Notes under the pieces: model-generated
The model's database searches: none
The model's input: only the letters and a program-made list of their open reading frames with translations
What the model was told of the DNA's origin: nothing
Source of the DNA: Rhodosorus marinus CCMP1338
Taxonomy: Eukaryota > Plantae > Rhodophyta
Length of the DNA stretch: 64,000 nucleotides
Assembly (NCBI GenBank): GCA_029953675.1
Contig: JAMWBK010000004.1
Location: 1,054,001 to 1,118,000 of the forward strand
Reading direction: 5' to 3'
Shown: positions 32,034-44,949 of the stretch, piece by piece
How positions within the stretch are numbered: the first letter of the stretch is position 1
Layout: each line of letters begins with the position of its first letter
Made by a program: the position numbers and the translations under genes

Positions 32034-33598
32034 TAGTCAGGTTGTGAAGGAGTTGGGTCTCAGTGCCACTGTCGTGTGCCTGGGCTAAGAGACCCATAAA
32101 TTGCAGAATAAGCCCATTGTAGAGCGGGGTCTTGTGCTTGGGCGCGTCGAGATGCAACTTCAGCGCTCCGCAGCTCAGATCAATTGCCAAAGGAGTAGTT
32201 CCGTCGTTGCCAGGTGCAGATGCAGTTGCAGGCTCAGAAACAGGGACTGGGAAAGGCTCAGGTCCGTCTGCCGCCAGACTAACGGCCGGCAGGTCTTCCA
32301 TTGTTGCGTCTGTGGAAAAGCCCCCCCCTCCGGAGGTACGGCCTCTAGGGTAGTCATATTACTCGAAACGCGTTCTCGAAAGAATCAAAGTGCAACTCTG
32401 CCGCCACGATAAATTCCAAAGTCCAAAAAGAAAAACCCCAGACTCCAGACTAACGTAGCCGTGTACACTTCGCAGAAGAAACCCCAGACTAACGTATTCC
32501 CGCCACCATGTATCGATTCGATAAACTCATTATCTCGCAAAACATCACCAAAAGTTGCCAAAACAAGCTCCAGACGTAGATAGCATCCCTACCGGAGCTG
32601 GACATTCTCGGCACTAGCTGGCCGACTAGATCTTCGCCACTTTCAGCTCCTTCAGCATGAACTTCACTCAATACGTCATCTCCTCTGCTGTAAAACCGCC
32701 TCGGCAAGTAGCCATTCGCCGACGAAGTCATAGAAGACGCGGACGGTCACGACTGGCATGTGTAGACTTAACCATAATCCACCCCCTAGCCTCCCCTTAG
32801 ATGTCATTCTCTGCATCGGAGGGTATCAGCAGCCCCGCGAATCACGTATCGCAACAGGTAGAAGGTGTACCAGGAAGCCCTCTCGAACTTGACCGCCTTA
32901 AAGTCGATCGTATCACATCTTCTGTTCAGCTTGTCATCAGCTCTTTGCACTGGTAGAGAGGTTCTTCGATTGAGAGATTTCGTGCCCTGTTTCCCCTATC
33001 GCCGAGTCCACATCATTGATGATCTATTTTACTATGGAGCGAGACAAATGCCAAACCCTTTTTCTTCCCGTTACTCCGCAACGTTAGGGTCGCTGTTGAA
33101 AATGTTCCACCCGTCAACGGACGAAAGCACTTTGGTGTCATCGTCCTGAAAGGACCGAAGTGCGACGCAGTCAAGGCAGGTGAACACAAAACCGCCGAAG
33201 ATCAAACTGGGAGGAACGCAAGTCTCAGCTCGCCGTGACGCATCGAAGATACGAGCACGCCCTTGTTGAAACAACCGGGAGGAAGTATCACAAGAGCCCT
33301 TGACTATTTTATTGACAGCTACTATCATAGATACTAACCCGACCTGAAGCGCCCAATCGAACTTTGCCGGAGAGCTGCAGTTCCTACCACATCCTCCTGT
33401 CTGTCTACCCTCACTGCTCTTGCAAACGGCTCAGGGCGTCTAGCCATGCTCTTCAGCAGCTAGCGCTCGATTCAGACAGCCTTTCCTATGTCGAACTGGC
33501 AGCTGCCAACTGCCCTCGAACAACAGCGCAGGCCCAGAACCAGTTCGACAACAACGGGTTCATTCCCTGCCCGTGGGAAGGTCGTCTCTCCTAGAAGC

Positions 33599-34438
33599 TT
33601 AAATAACTGTAGACTTCGACGATATTGGCTTTGTTGTCCTCGTTTTCTTCATCGACCAGTAGGTTTGGAAGTAGAACCTTGTGAACAGGATAAAGTACGA
33701 AAACAGCACTGATACCCCGACTATTGCCCCGGTATCGTTTCCATGACATTTCTCCGGCGTGAACAGGTATCGATAATAGGCATACGACGACGAGGAGACG
33801 CCTACGATGAACTGGATGATCTGCACCGTCGTGAGATGTTTCTTCCACCATACGTGAATCTTCAGTGCGGAGAGGATGTAGTAGTAGTACATGGCGACAT
33901 GAACGCCGAGGTTGTAGAGTATCGGGACCCACTGGGCGGTGCTGTGCTCATTCTGCTGGGACCAGGTCAAGAGGAGAGTCGCTCCATGGTGGTACTCGTG
34001 AAGGAACATTACAGGTTTCTTTCTCAGCACCAGAAAGACAGTGTCCAGCAGCTCATAGTACTTGAGGAGGTAGTTTAGCCAGTAGATCAAGTGCAGGCTG
34101 CCGTTGTCGTGCAGTTCACTCGAGCAGATCATAAAGTCCAGCGTGTCCTTAGCCGACATTCTCCCGTGGGGGCTGTTATACCCCAGAGTAACTCCCAACC
34201 AAATGAACAGAATCGCAGATGCAATGCACAGAAAGGCGTTGTGGGCGATCAACGGTGCCTTTGTATTCATTGGTTTCCTATACTCCATCACTGACTGAAG
34301 TACATGGATGACTAAAAAGTAACCCAAAACAACTGTAGCAGCAACGGAGAGCTTAGATAGAGGCGTTTCTCCTGGAACATACCTCCAGTCCCCTCCTAGG
34401 TCACTTAAATAAGCCATACCCTTCTCCAGAACATTCAT
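33599..34438 (-). CDS. ELO: Very-long-chain fatty acid elongase (GNS1/SUR4/ELO family)
   Basis: KYYELLDTVFL, FLHEYHH histidine box, NLGVHVAMYYYY, TTVQIIQF, multiple TM segments and a C-terminal Lys-rich tail. First ATG is at 34438. Confidence 0.93.
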   Translation of the reverse strand: MNVLEKGMAYLSDLGGDWRYVPGETPLSKLSVAATVVLGYFLVIHVLQSVMEYRKPMNTKAPLIAHNAFLCIASAILFIWLGVTLGYNSPHGRMSAKDTLDFMICSSELHDNGSLHLIYWLNYLLKYYELLDTVFLVLRKKPVMFLHEYHHGATLLLTWSQQNEHSTAQWVPILYNLGVHVAMYYYYILSALKIHVWWKKHLTTVQIIQFIVGVSSSSYAYYRYLFTPEKCHGNDTGAIVGVSVLFSYFILFTRFYFQTYWSMKKTRTTKPISSKSTVI

Positions 34439-35369
34439 CGTGCCCACCCAGCAATCAAATCCGATACTACTCCAATAGTTCCCCTCTCAAAGAAAAATAA
34501 CTGGAAAGAATCATTACTCCATTCCAAAGACTCACACAACTCTCTCTCTCTCTTTCTTTCTGTCGTTCCAACCCCTTCTCTCCTCCCATACCATCCTCCT
34601 CAGTCCACTCCCGCCACAGCCGCAGACTTAGATAGGCACTCCATTCATAGAGTCCAAGCAGGGTTGGGCAATGCCATAAAAAAAGGAACTATCTTTCTAA
34701 GCAATTCTAAACAATCCCCATCGCCTTTGAACTACTGATGTCGTCTGTATATTTAGATCCTCGGTGTCTATATTCAAAATTCATCGACATGAGCCGGGGG
34801 GGGATTGGATTGGGTAATGCGCATACGGACTACGTCGAAGTTCTTAAGATAGCAGTTCATTCTTAATTAGGTGTTATTTTATTGGGTTTTTCATTTGATA
34901 CGTCTATATTTGGAATTGTATTAGAATATATTTAGGTTTATACGCTCGGAGGCGATGAGTTTTTCGGCGACATGTTCGAAATTCATAAAATAAGACATAG
35001 CTCTTAAATAGGTATATGGTGGCGGGAGCTATACATATATATTTCAGGTGATAAGTAGCCCATGCGCCGTATGGCGCGCGCTATGGAGACTTCATGAATT
35101 CACGCAAACTTGCTATGGAACAATATCCCTTATTGATTCTGAAGTAAACCAATTCATTCGATTCGTATTGTGCGAACAATAAATGACCTATATAAAGAAA
35201 AGAGATGTCATAGTAATTTTTTTCCTTTCGGGTTTTTTTCTTTCAGACCCCAATTAAACAATAATTTGTTGTCCTATATAGCTATTTTTCCGGTAATAAA
35301 CGTCCCCTCCCCCTCTACTTCCAGCTACCCTTCTACAACTTGCATTTGTTGTAAGTACTGAAGCTAGTC

Positions 35370-35590
35370 TTCTATTGTCCTCCGTCCTATTTGTCAACAA
35401 GAAGGCACGGTGCGGCGTAAGGGGAAGAATTGGGGGTAATGAGTCCGTTCTCTTCAGCTCTTGCTGGCCGCGCAGACTCATTCTATATGACCTGTGGGCT
35501 AGTGGGCTTGAGCCAGGTTTCAACGCAAGCTCGAAGTTGACTTCTCGGTGGTAAGTCTTTGACGGTTTCCGCAAGAACTCAGGGATCTTG
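35370..35590 (-). mobile_element. Decayed Ty3/gypsy pol (RT N-terminus) remnant
   Basis: REVNFELALKPGSSPLAHRSYRMS..QELK, then in another frame SSPYAAPCLLVDK*DG; both resemble gypsy RT start motifs. Confidence 0.65.
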
Positions 35591-35771
35591 TTATCGGCCG
35601 AATCGGAGAAGGTTATCTGTCGACTGTCGGCATCTTGTTCAAGACCTCTGAATTTTCCTCACGCTAATTTTCTTCAGGGTTTTCTGGACTTTCCTCAGAG
35701 TAATTTTCTTCAGGGTAGTTTATCGTGGGTAGCTGGATCCCCAAGTTCAACTGCTGCTAGAGAACGGTCAA

Positions 35772-35803
35772 AAAACCCAACCCACTTGGCACAACCCTAC
35801 TAT
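35772..35803 (+). mobile_element. Solo TIR of the 9.05-9.35 kb mini-element family
   Basis: AAAAACCCAACCCACTTGGCACAACCCTA is identical to the right end of unit 2 (about 9316-9344). Confidence 0.7.
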
Positions 35804-36039
35804 TAAACCAATTCATTTACTGTTCCGTTTATTCCAACTATTCCCAAATTCATTCACTACTACCCTTTCGTATATATTTTATCCGATTAAACAAATTCTT
35901 TCAGAATATCGAACTTCAAAAAGCTGTCCTCTAAGCTAAGAACGGTTGCGGTGCGACATGATTTAGTAAGTATAGTTTTTCGTGATTAAGCGTTTAGTTG
36001 TACAACCAATGAATGGGAGTATATTAATTATTTGGAAAA

Positions 36040-37380
36040 CTACGGCTGGAGTTGAACGCGGAGGTTGGGCGGAGGTACGAAGGTGATGCCACAGGAGGCT
36101 GTGAAATGGACGCCTGGTCCTGGAGGCTTGACGACGAACTTCCATCCGAATATGCCTTCGCAAGTTAGAACAAGCCTGGCGAATGTGGATGTCTTGTAGA
36201 ACGACAGACCGTTGATGTGCCTGGCGAAGGTGCGGTCGTAGAACCCGGGCTTGCTGAGGATTGTCCCGAAGGGGAACGGCTGCTCGTATCCATCTTTGTA
36301 GTCGATCACGGCTTCGATTTCCACTGGCCTCGTCACGTACAGCCTTGCCAGGAAGGCTAACGCGTATGGACATTTATTTACGACGGTGTGGCCCGCGGGG
36401 AAGGCGAAGCTCCTGATCTTGACGGTGTTTCCAGTAACCCTAGTGGGGTACCTCACCCTCACGCACAACTGGTCGTTTTCCTTGTAGACTGATTTGACTT
36501 TGACGTTCTGGCGGACCCATTTCTTCGCGATGTTGGTTCCTGGGAGTTTACTGAAGTCGATTCCGAGGCTGACGGTGTGTGTGGTGAAGGTCTTGGTCAG
36601 TCGCTTCAGCACGAAAGTATTTATTGTGTCTGTGATCAGCTTCTGGAGTGCGTCTTCGCTGAACTGATGGAGCAGAACCGCCTTCAGGTCGGCCGCCATC
36701 GCCGAGTTGACCGCGTCCATCCTCGCGGGGAAGGATGGGATATTGTTCTTCATCCACTGTTGGTTGGCGATGCCACCGATCACCTCCACTTTCACAGGCT
36801 TCACCCGTAGCCCCAGGAGGTCGGGGTCAAACTGGAAGCTTATCCGGATCCTGAAGTTTTCAAGGTCCGCTCTATGCGTCTGGTGAGCGGTTGCGCACGG
36901 TTTGTTCGTGCTTGTGTCCATGCACCCAGCCTGGAGCTCCCGACCATTCTACTCCATCTTCACATCAACGATGAGGAGCACCACCCCACTTACCACCTTT
37001 GCGTACACGAGGACGCCTTGGGTCTTCATATCCTTATAGTACACTTCGTACAATTTGTTGCTTGAGTTCGGCTCCGTCGGACTTTTCTCCAACGGCGACG
37101 TCCTCGGACATTCAGAGCGTGCTTGATGCCGTCCGGGAACTTGACCCAGCTCGTACTTGCATCGAAAAACCTCGCCACAGGCCCATTCCACTTACCGTAG
37201 TAGTCCATCTGGATCCTGAACTTCTTCAGGTTGGTCTTCGCAAGGTTCACGATGGTCTCATCATCGATGCACAACATATTCAGAGAAAGTCTTCTCGAGC
37301 GGATTGCGTAGAACAATGCTACGCGATTTCCCGCTCACCAACGGCAAAATAATTACGAAAAGACAGCTCAACCTCGTCAT
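36040..37380 (-). CDS. Protein of unknown function; 293-aa main ORF plus upstream coding segments joined by introns or frameshifts
   Basis: Long ORF 36040-36921 with a strong coding character. Upstream segments MTRLSCLFVIILPL, LCIDDETIV..KHALNV and LYEVYYKDMKTQGVLVYAKV. A candidate 45-nt GTAAGT..TAG intron joins the last segment in frame. The full exon structure is unresolved. Confidence 0.55.
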
Positions 37381-40300
37381 CTTGATCAGCCACCTAGCTC
37401 TCCATGACCTCGGTCCACCCCTCACACTAGTAACCACCACTAGTACCAATATCACCCGAGCTATTTATTGTTAAGAAGCAGCCTCAATATTCCTGAGGCG
37501 GATTCAGCCAGCGGTGTACGCTCACGTAATAGCAGAGAATGTTCAAATACCCTCCCCAGCGGTTACCGGAATTAGCTAAGCACCGCCCTCTGCTCAAGCC
37601 CTCATACCTACTTTCGACTGGATCAGGCGAAGGAAATACTGAGAGGGAGAGCAGATATGTGCTTTCGCCGATCGTTTTCACCTTCAAGTTTTGCACGGAT
37701 ACAGCTCGAGGAGGGTAGCCAGAAACCAAACCCCGAGCAGCGAGCCACTCATCGAAGCGCCTTCACGGCAAAAGAGCTCTGCGTCCCATCAGCGTCATCG
37801 TATTCAATCTTCTTAAAAGAGTTTATAGAACGATTATAATAAAAATCCATTTTCAGTCAATATTATTATATTGACTAGTATAATAAGTGACGCTTATCGT
37901 CAGCAATGAAATGGCGATAGCGTTAAACCAATAGAGAAGTGATGAAGAGTTACTTACAATATTATTACCACTATGATTGCATACCGAACGAAATACCTTT
38001 GTATTTATTGTTTTATAAATAGGTCTTTTATCCAATTAAAAGCTCTGATTTGATGGCGAAGTGAACATAGTTTCTTCTCTTGAAAGTAATAGGTTATATC
38101 TATTCGTTAACATTAGTCAAAATAACGCTATTGACTGAATACGAAGCGTGAACGGTGGCTGGGAGTTTTTCGGAGGCCTTGGAAGAGGAAAACCGGATGT
38201 CATGATCGTTTGGAGACATTTGGAGGAGATATGAGTTCGCTTCGCTCCCTCGGACTCAAGCGTTAGCGAGCAGTTATGTTCTAAAAAAGATTTGGATATT
38301 CGCCAGCAGATCAATCGGTACACGGGCTAGTCTAGTGATAGTGAGGGAATATGCAGCTTGTGAGAACGATGAAAAGAATGATACTTGCTGAAAGTCATCT
38401 TGTACAACCCCGCTGGTCATGATGTGAAACACCTACACACTTGCTCAGGTCTCCGGAAGTCTCAGTTGCGCAAGCTAAGGGTATGTCTGACGGAGTGGAA
38501 TGGTGCTTGTTAACATATAGGAAGATCTCGACACCTCGCTTTGGCACGCTTTTCACTTGCAATCGGTTAGCGTGCACATTTGTTGCAGAAGAGCTGAACC
38601 GAGGGGGCCGATCCTGGTTTGTTGCATGGGAGCAAGTCGATGGGACACCGTACGCATGAGCTCGATTCCCTGAACGCGTTATCAGCAGGCACTAAATACA
38701 GCGGGTCAACATATCAATCCGTCCAAACCGACCGTGTAAATAGCTTCACCTGGCACGAAAACCATGCGCGAACGGTGTAGAACAGCTTCGCACTCTCTCC
38801 CACCGAAGGCTAACACACCACCTGGAATCCTCACATAAAGTGTGAAGACGCTGTGTGAAACTCTGTCATCAAGGTGTATTGCAAGCCCGACACTCATAGC
38901 ATCACCTCCTAGGCTCTGTTGCTCACCTCCAAATCGCGTCGGCTCTGATGACCGCTAGGACATCCTTACCAGACCTAGAGAGTATTGTCCATAAATATGA
39001 GTTATGTCGTGACTGCTGTCGAAATTCAAGGACTTTGCGACAGCTGCGTTGTGATCCTAGAGCCTAATTGAGCGCAAATTCCAAATCATGTCCAACAATT
39101 TTCTTTTTCTAGATGATTTGCGCAGAGTTGGACATCCTTCGAGACATACCATTTAGACGTTGCTGCTAAAAATAGATTTGATACCAAGGTTGAAACTCAC
39201 GAAATTCAAGAAAGAGTCTAAATCAAGACTGGGTATGTCTAGAGTGGGGAGACAGTGGCTGTTGCGAAAGCCGAACAAAATCCTCCGAGCCTGAGCTGCC
39301 CAGAGTGTCTTCAAAGTCAGAACATATATTCTGAATCTGTACATTTTTATGCCCCGAGTTCATTCTTTCAGGTTCCTGATAGACTCCCAACTATAGAGAA
39401 ACAAAATCTCAAAATAAGATACTAGGACTAGGACATGAATTGGTACCATCGGCCAGTCCTACTCGGAGGCCGTACTTCAGAGATCATATCCTATTTGGTG
39501 CCACACGAGTTTTATTATTCACATCTATGTCTTAATCAAGCAAAAAATGAGCATTATTTAGATCAACAGGGCTTGGTGCATCATCGACCATCAATAAGAC
39601 ATTAGTGGCAAGTACTCTCAAATATGCAAATAAAACATAGGACTTTGAACAGACGTCCTCGAAAGTACTCAATTCAATAAAGACATGGTTAAAAGCTAAT
39701 CCATATCCTCGTCGCGACCTGTCCTACTTTTGCTAATCATGTCCAGCGCTGAACCTACTAACGTTTGTTAACAGTCTTGGTTTGATGATCATCTTCTGCC
39801 CAGAATAGATTACGTTCAGCAGCTTCCTTCTATTCTTCTCGCTTTTATACACCCATGGGGTTCGAGAAACGCTCTACCTACGCGCTTAACTCCCATTTGG
39901 CTTGAATGAGACCCTACTACTGGTCAAAGACACATAGAGCTGAAAAAGAACGCCCTGGCGAAGCCGGAGTCGGGTGACTAGCCCACCCAACACGTCGCAA
40001 CCTCCCATTTCTGATGTTTTATATTTAAGGTTTGTCTCCGCTCCTGTTTTCATCCATCATACAATAAACCGAATTCTTACTGTGTGCCTCTATTTTATCG
40101 CGGATCAAGAACAGATTATGATAATATCATATTTTAGAATGTAGTTGACTCAGAAATAGAATACTATTTCTTTATTTAATTCATAAAAGACATGATATGT
40201 TCCTAATTAAAACTCTGATCCGACCAGATAGTGTATATGTAGCTTCCATGGAGCCTCTGAATATACGGATTAAATTACTGAAACAAAGCATGAACGCCGT

Positions 40301-41081
40301 ATATTTTTGAGGAGAAGTGTTTAAATATAGTATACTATAAACTATAGTACTAAATTGAGCAATTGCTTTGGATTAACTTTATTTTTGCTGTTAAAGGCGA
40401 TATGCTTCTGAACAGTGGGCAAATCAAGACTCGGGAGACACCAGTGCGGGACAGGAAGTTCACCCTGTTGATGTGTAGGCGGGGGGGAGCAAGAAGCAAT
40501 TCTAAAGCCGGGCGCGGAATAAAGTCTCTATCGCTGAACAAGCTTGTCTGAAAAAAAAAATCACGCAAAACACGAGCGCGAAGAAAGGCGTTGGTTGTCA
40601 GCGGAAAATTTGATGAGTAAGTCGGGACAATGGATTTCCTCTCCTGACACCGATACTTGGTGTCAGGAGAGGAAATCCAGTATTACTTTGCTTTCCTTAG
40701 TTTTTCGATCGGTTTCTTTCGATACCGAAAAACGGAGGCTAGCGATCGTGTTGAGGTTGTGAGGACGCTGGACTTTAGGGACAGAGGAGCAGTTTTGCGG
40801 AAATACATTTTGACAGCATATTGTACTGTGCTTTGTGTGTTGATGAAATGTGTGACAAGTTTCGATACGGTTGGAATCGTCAGTGCGGAGAGGAATCAGG
40901 TTGCTCGGGATCGATATAGTGGATGTGAGCAGTGGACGTTTAAAGGCTGTGGCTATTGACTTGGGCGCTTCTGCTGAGGTGCGGTGTGGTTCTGGAGTGA
41001 AGTGGTTGGTGGTGGTGTTGGTCATGGGAGGTGCCAAGAGAATAGATAAGTAATTTGTCTTCGGGAGAGAGAGAGACTGCC

Positions 41082-42958
41082 ATGAGGCACTGTTTGACGA
41101 GCAGCAGTGTGGCTGCTTTAGTGTATATTTTACTAACTGCTACTTACGTTTGTGCTCTTCCTGTAGAGCGAGTGGGGACTAAACCAGCTCTAAGAATCAT
41201 TGACGGGGACGTGGTGACTGATGCCTCGAGGTATCCGTACATGGTTTACATCTCAGAATCCGGATTTGTAAAATGTTCTGGTGTTCTCGTGGGTCCCGAC
41301 ACGATCTTGACCGTCGCTCACTGTGCGGATTTTGGTTCTCTCGATGAGGTCGAAGCGTGTGCTGGGACAGTGGACAAGAACGTCAACCCCGGATTCTGTT
41401 CGCCGGTCCTCACAGTCCACGTACATCCGGGATTCAATCGCGACGAGAACGTAGCATCTGATCTGGCGGTTCTCAGACTATTCGAGCCGATCTATGACGT
41501 TCCAGCCCTGCGAATCAGTTACGATGAGCCAGAATACGGCGGCCAAACCACCTCCATAGGCTTTGGCGTCGACAACAACACTGGCTCGAAGCATCTGGAG
41601 ATTGACGGGAAGCTACGCCGCTACGATTCCCAGTCAATTGTATGGGAAAACTGTCAGTTCCTGCAGGAACTTCCTCGGTTCATACCGGTTCAGGACCCAT
41701 CCACACTGATCTGCTCGTCGTCGATGAACACTGAGCTGAACACCGTCACGTGTTATGGGGACAGCGGCAGTCCGCTGATCATGGAGGGAGAGACGCCCAG
41801 AGATGACCGAGCTATCGGAATCTTAAGCTTTGGAAAGTTTACCGAAGGCCTTGGTAAGTTTACACACTAAACATCGGTCGCGTAAGTCTGTGGCTTACGC
41901 CACCCGTTGTTGGCTCACCAGGATGCGATGGAAGTGGAGAAGATGTGTACGCGAACATGTACCACGAAGCCAATAAAACCTGGCTTCAGAGTTTGATTCC
42001 TGAGATACCTGATACGCTACCACCGACACCATCGCCGCCTCCACCAACGCCGTCGCCAACACCTCCGCCAACATCTCCGCCAACATCTCCGCCAACAACT
42101 CCGCCAACAACCCCGCCAACACCATCCGCGCTTCCTTCGACAGACCCCACGTCAACGGAACCTGCAGAAGAGACACCGACAAGCGTACCAGAGGAGACAG
42201 CGACGAGAGCACCAGAGGAGACGGCGACAAGCGCCCCAGACGAAACCGCGACAAGCACGCCAGAGGCGACGGCGACGTCGACGGCGACGGCGACGGCGGC
42301 TCCGGAGGGAACTCCGACACCCACTGAACCCATCTTCTTCACAGAAACACCCGAGCCGTCTCCGAGTGAGTCACCAGACGTTGTAAACCCACCCCCTATT
42401 GCAGTGGTCGCCGCATGCTTCCCAGGCGCCGCTAGTGTTGAACTTGAGGACGGTTCCAACAAGACGATGAGCGAGCTGAAGGCTGGGGACCGCGTACTGG
42501 TGTCTAACGGAGCATACAGTGATGTCTACGCCTTTGGTCATAAAGACGCCGAGATCGTGACTGAGTTTATCAAGGTGGAAGTAGACAAGGCCACGATTGA
42601 GCTATCGCCAAGTCACTACCTCATTGTAGACGGCGGAGTGAAGCCGGCGCACCTGGTTGTTGAGGGAGATCGCGTACGACTGGGTGACGGCGAGATCGTG
42701 GTGGTGAGGAAACTCACACGGGTCACTAGACAAGGGCTCTACAATCCGCATACTCTGGATGGGACAATTGTTGTAGACGACGTCCTCGCGTCCACCTTCA
42801 CCGAGGCCGTCCATCCGATCCTAGGTAACTTGCTCCTGTTCATACCACGAACGCTATACAGACTCGGAATCGCGGAACCTTTAGGATCGATGCTGTACAA
42901 CGATCCCCCATCTATCGTCAGGAGCGTTGCTGCTACCGCCTCAAAATGGGTACAGTGA
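41082..42958 (+). CDS. Secreted trypsin-like serine protease, Pro/Thr-rich stalk and Hedgehog-type Hint (Hog) domain fusion; about 602 aa, 2 exons
   Basis: Signal peptide; IIDG; TVAHC, DLAVL and GDSGSP triad motifs; intron 41854-41921 joins in frame (GLG-CDGSGEDVYAN); PT/EETAT stalk; ACFPG..LKAGDRVL..SPSHY..GLYNPHTLDGTIVVDDVLAS Hint motifs. Confidence 0.9.
41854..41921 (+). other. Spliceosomal intron, 68 nt
   Basis: GTAAGT donor, CTCAC branch-like motif and CAG acceptor; removing it fuses ORFs 41055 and 41945 in frame. Confidence 0.85.
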
Positions 42959-43269
42959 AATAGGCTTTTTGATTGTTATTAAAGACTGACTTTGTAGTTG
43001 TGAAGTGTGAAGAGCAAAGACGGACAGCGGCTTCAGGTCACCAACTCACCCTCCTCTACCTCGGCCCCCTTTTTTGGGCGTGGAAGCCAAGAAACTGAAT
43101 GCCCTGCTCAGCTGAGCTAGGAAGTTGTGACCATACGTGGATGTGCGACTTCCGCTACCGTATCCAAATGGATCCAGTGTAGTCGGGTTTTCGCTTGTTG
43201 TTAAAGACTATATCTTCAGTTTACGAACGGTGTACGCAATAGAGACGGACATCGGCTTCAGAGCCATTC

Positions 43270-44300
43270 GCTTGCGAATTGGCATGTGCATGAAGTAGGC
43301 TTTTCTCATTTTAGATGCATACTCTCATGGCACCCCGGAGCCTCGATTCAGATCCATTCACAGGTGAGTTTGCGAACCCTCGTTGCGTTCGAGATGTTCA
43401 GCAGCTTCTTTGAAGAAATTTTGTGCGGCTTGACCACGTCGTCCAAACCCTTCGACGGCGAAAGATACAAATTGGAAGTCATTGTGATCACCGATGGTAT
43501 CACAATATTTGGCTCGCTTCCATTCTTCAGCGTTGACTGCAGCATAACCGGTTTGACCGACGGCACGAGCGACTTCATGGACTCTTAGCGGGGACTCTAC
43601 GTTGACATCAAGAATGTACTGCTTACGGGTACGATGATGACGAACAGCAATGTCGGGTCGGAGACGACTACTCTAAAAAAAGTTAGGGTTACACTAACTT
43701 GAATCTCATGAAGGTGCGCCCGCCGCAGGTGACGCGCAAGATCAAGAATGCAGTTATGTCTCAAAGCCCAATTCCCAGCTGAAGTTGAACGGTGGAATAA
43801 GCCTGGAATCCTATCCGGAACATTGAGTGTCACACAGACGGTGCATTGAGGGGTAAAAGAAGGCGCACGGAGCAGCAGCCAGCGCCTGCATCAGAAGCAG
43901 ACACTGGCACAAGTACAATCATTAAGAGCAGAATTATCCACGGTATGCTCAAATGCTCTACGATGACTCTCCTGAGAGTAGATTTGTTGTGGAGGACCAG
44001 CGAGCGTAGGATTAAAGGAGATTGCAGAAGCTGACGGAAGAGCTTTAGACCAGAGAGCGAGCGTTCGAATACGAGCAGGAGTGCGGGAGCTGAGTCTGGG
44101 ACTCGTGCAGCGGCTAGCGAGCAAGAGCTACTGTCCCAGGTGATCCGCAGAACTTACAAGATCTTCGAGGAGAAATTCCGCAATGCGATTGGCATCAAGA
44201 CACGCCGTCACCAGGCGTCACAGAGACGCACTGCCAGCGGAATTATATAAAGAGTGCGAAACCAAGCCGCGTGAAAAGCATTCGGTTCAATGCGAACACG
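43270..44300 (-). mobile_element. Family C (C3) degraded 3' portion
   Basis: QQIYSQESHRRAFE, WALRHNCI, RLRPDIAVRH, TGYAAVNAEEWKRAKY, FAVEGFG. Confidence 0.75.
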
Positions 44301-44730
44301 CGTAGCAAGGCCGAGCCACCGCACTTTCCAGGCAGCCGAATTTGGGCTTTCACGATATCCAGCTGCTGTTGGAGCATAGGTGGACTTCCACCCAACTTCC
44401 AACTTGTGCAAGGTGATCACGTCCACTTCAGCATCAATAACTTCGCCAAAAGGCAGAGCGAAGCACCTGAGATGATAATCCAGTCGGGGACCAGCACAGT
44501 AGCGAAAGAGTGCAGCGCAGCTTCAACTGCAACTCGGCTTCGGGGAATTTCTATGTGATGACTTTTGCAAGTTCAGTATACGTAAATAATCAGCTAATGT
44601 AGGATTTTGATGTGACCTGTTGTCTGTAATTATGTTTTTTAGCTAGCCTTGCTTGATCATCTTTTGAGTCGGACTATCTTAAATTAGGATAGTAGAGCAA
44701 GATTAACTTTTGATTTATTTCTTTGTTATA

Positions 44731-44850
44731 CTGAATGAATTGGTTTAATCGGAGTCTGAATGAAAAAAGAACCCAGAGGGGAAAAAAAAAGACTAAGCGC
44801 GGCGAAGATTGCGCGCCTCCAACATGATAGCGGCGTACATACGCCACAGT
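44731..44850 (-). mobile_element. Family A short 3' fragment
   Basis: GAATGAATTGGTTTAATCGGAG..GACTAAGCGCGGCGAAG matches the A 3' end. Confidence 0.8.
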
Positions 44851-44949
44851 GTAATACTTGAGAATATTAAGAATTTACGGCCTATCTGAGAGGTGCCGTG
44901 TCAGACTGGGTCTCGGACGGGGGCGGGGGAACGCCGCGCGGGGTCGATT

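Noticed and set aside
37480-39800. Broken reading frames suggesting a decayed transposase or pseudogene
   Set aside because: No diagnostic motif could be identified by eye; left unannotated.
41895-42462. Antisense Gly/Val/Ala-rich ORFs
   Set aside because: They mirror the Pro/Thr stalk of the trypsin-Hint gene.
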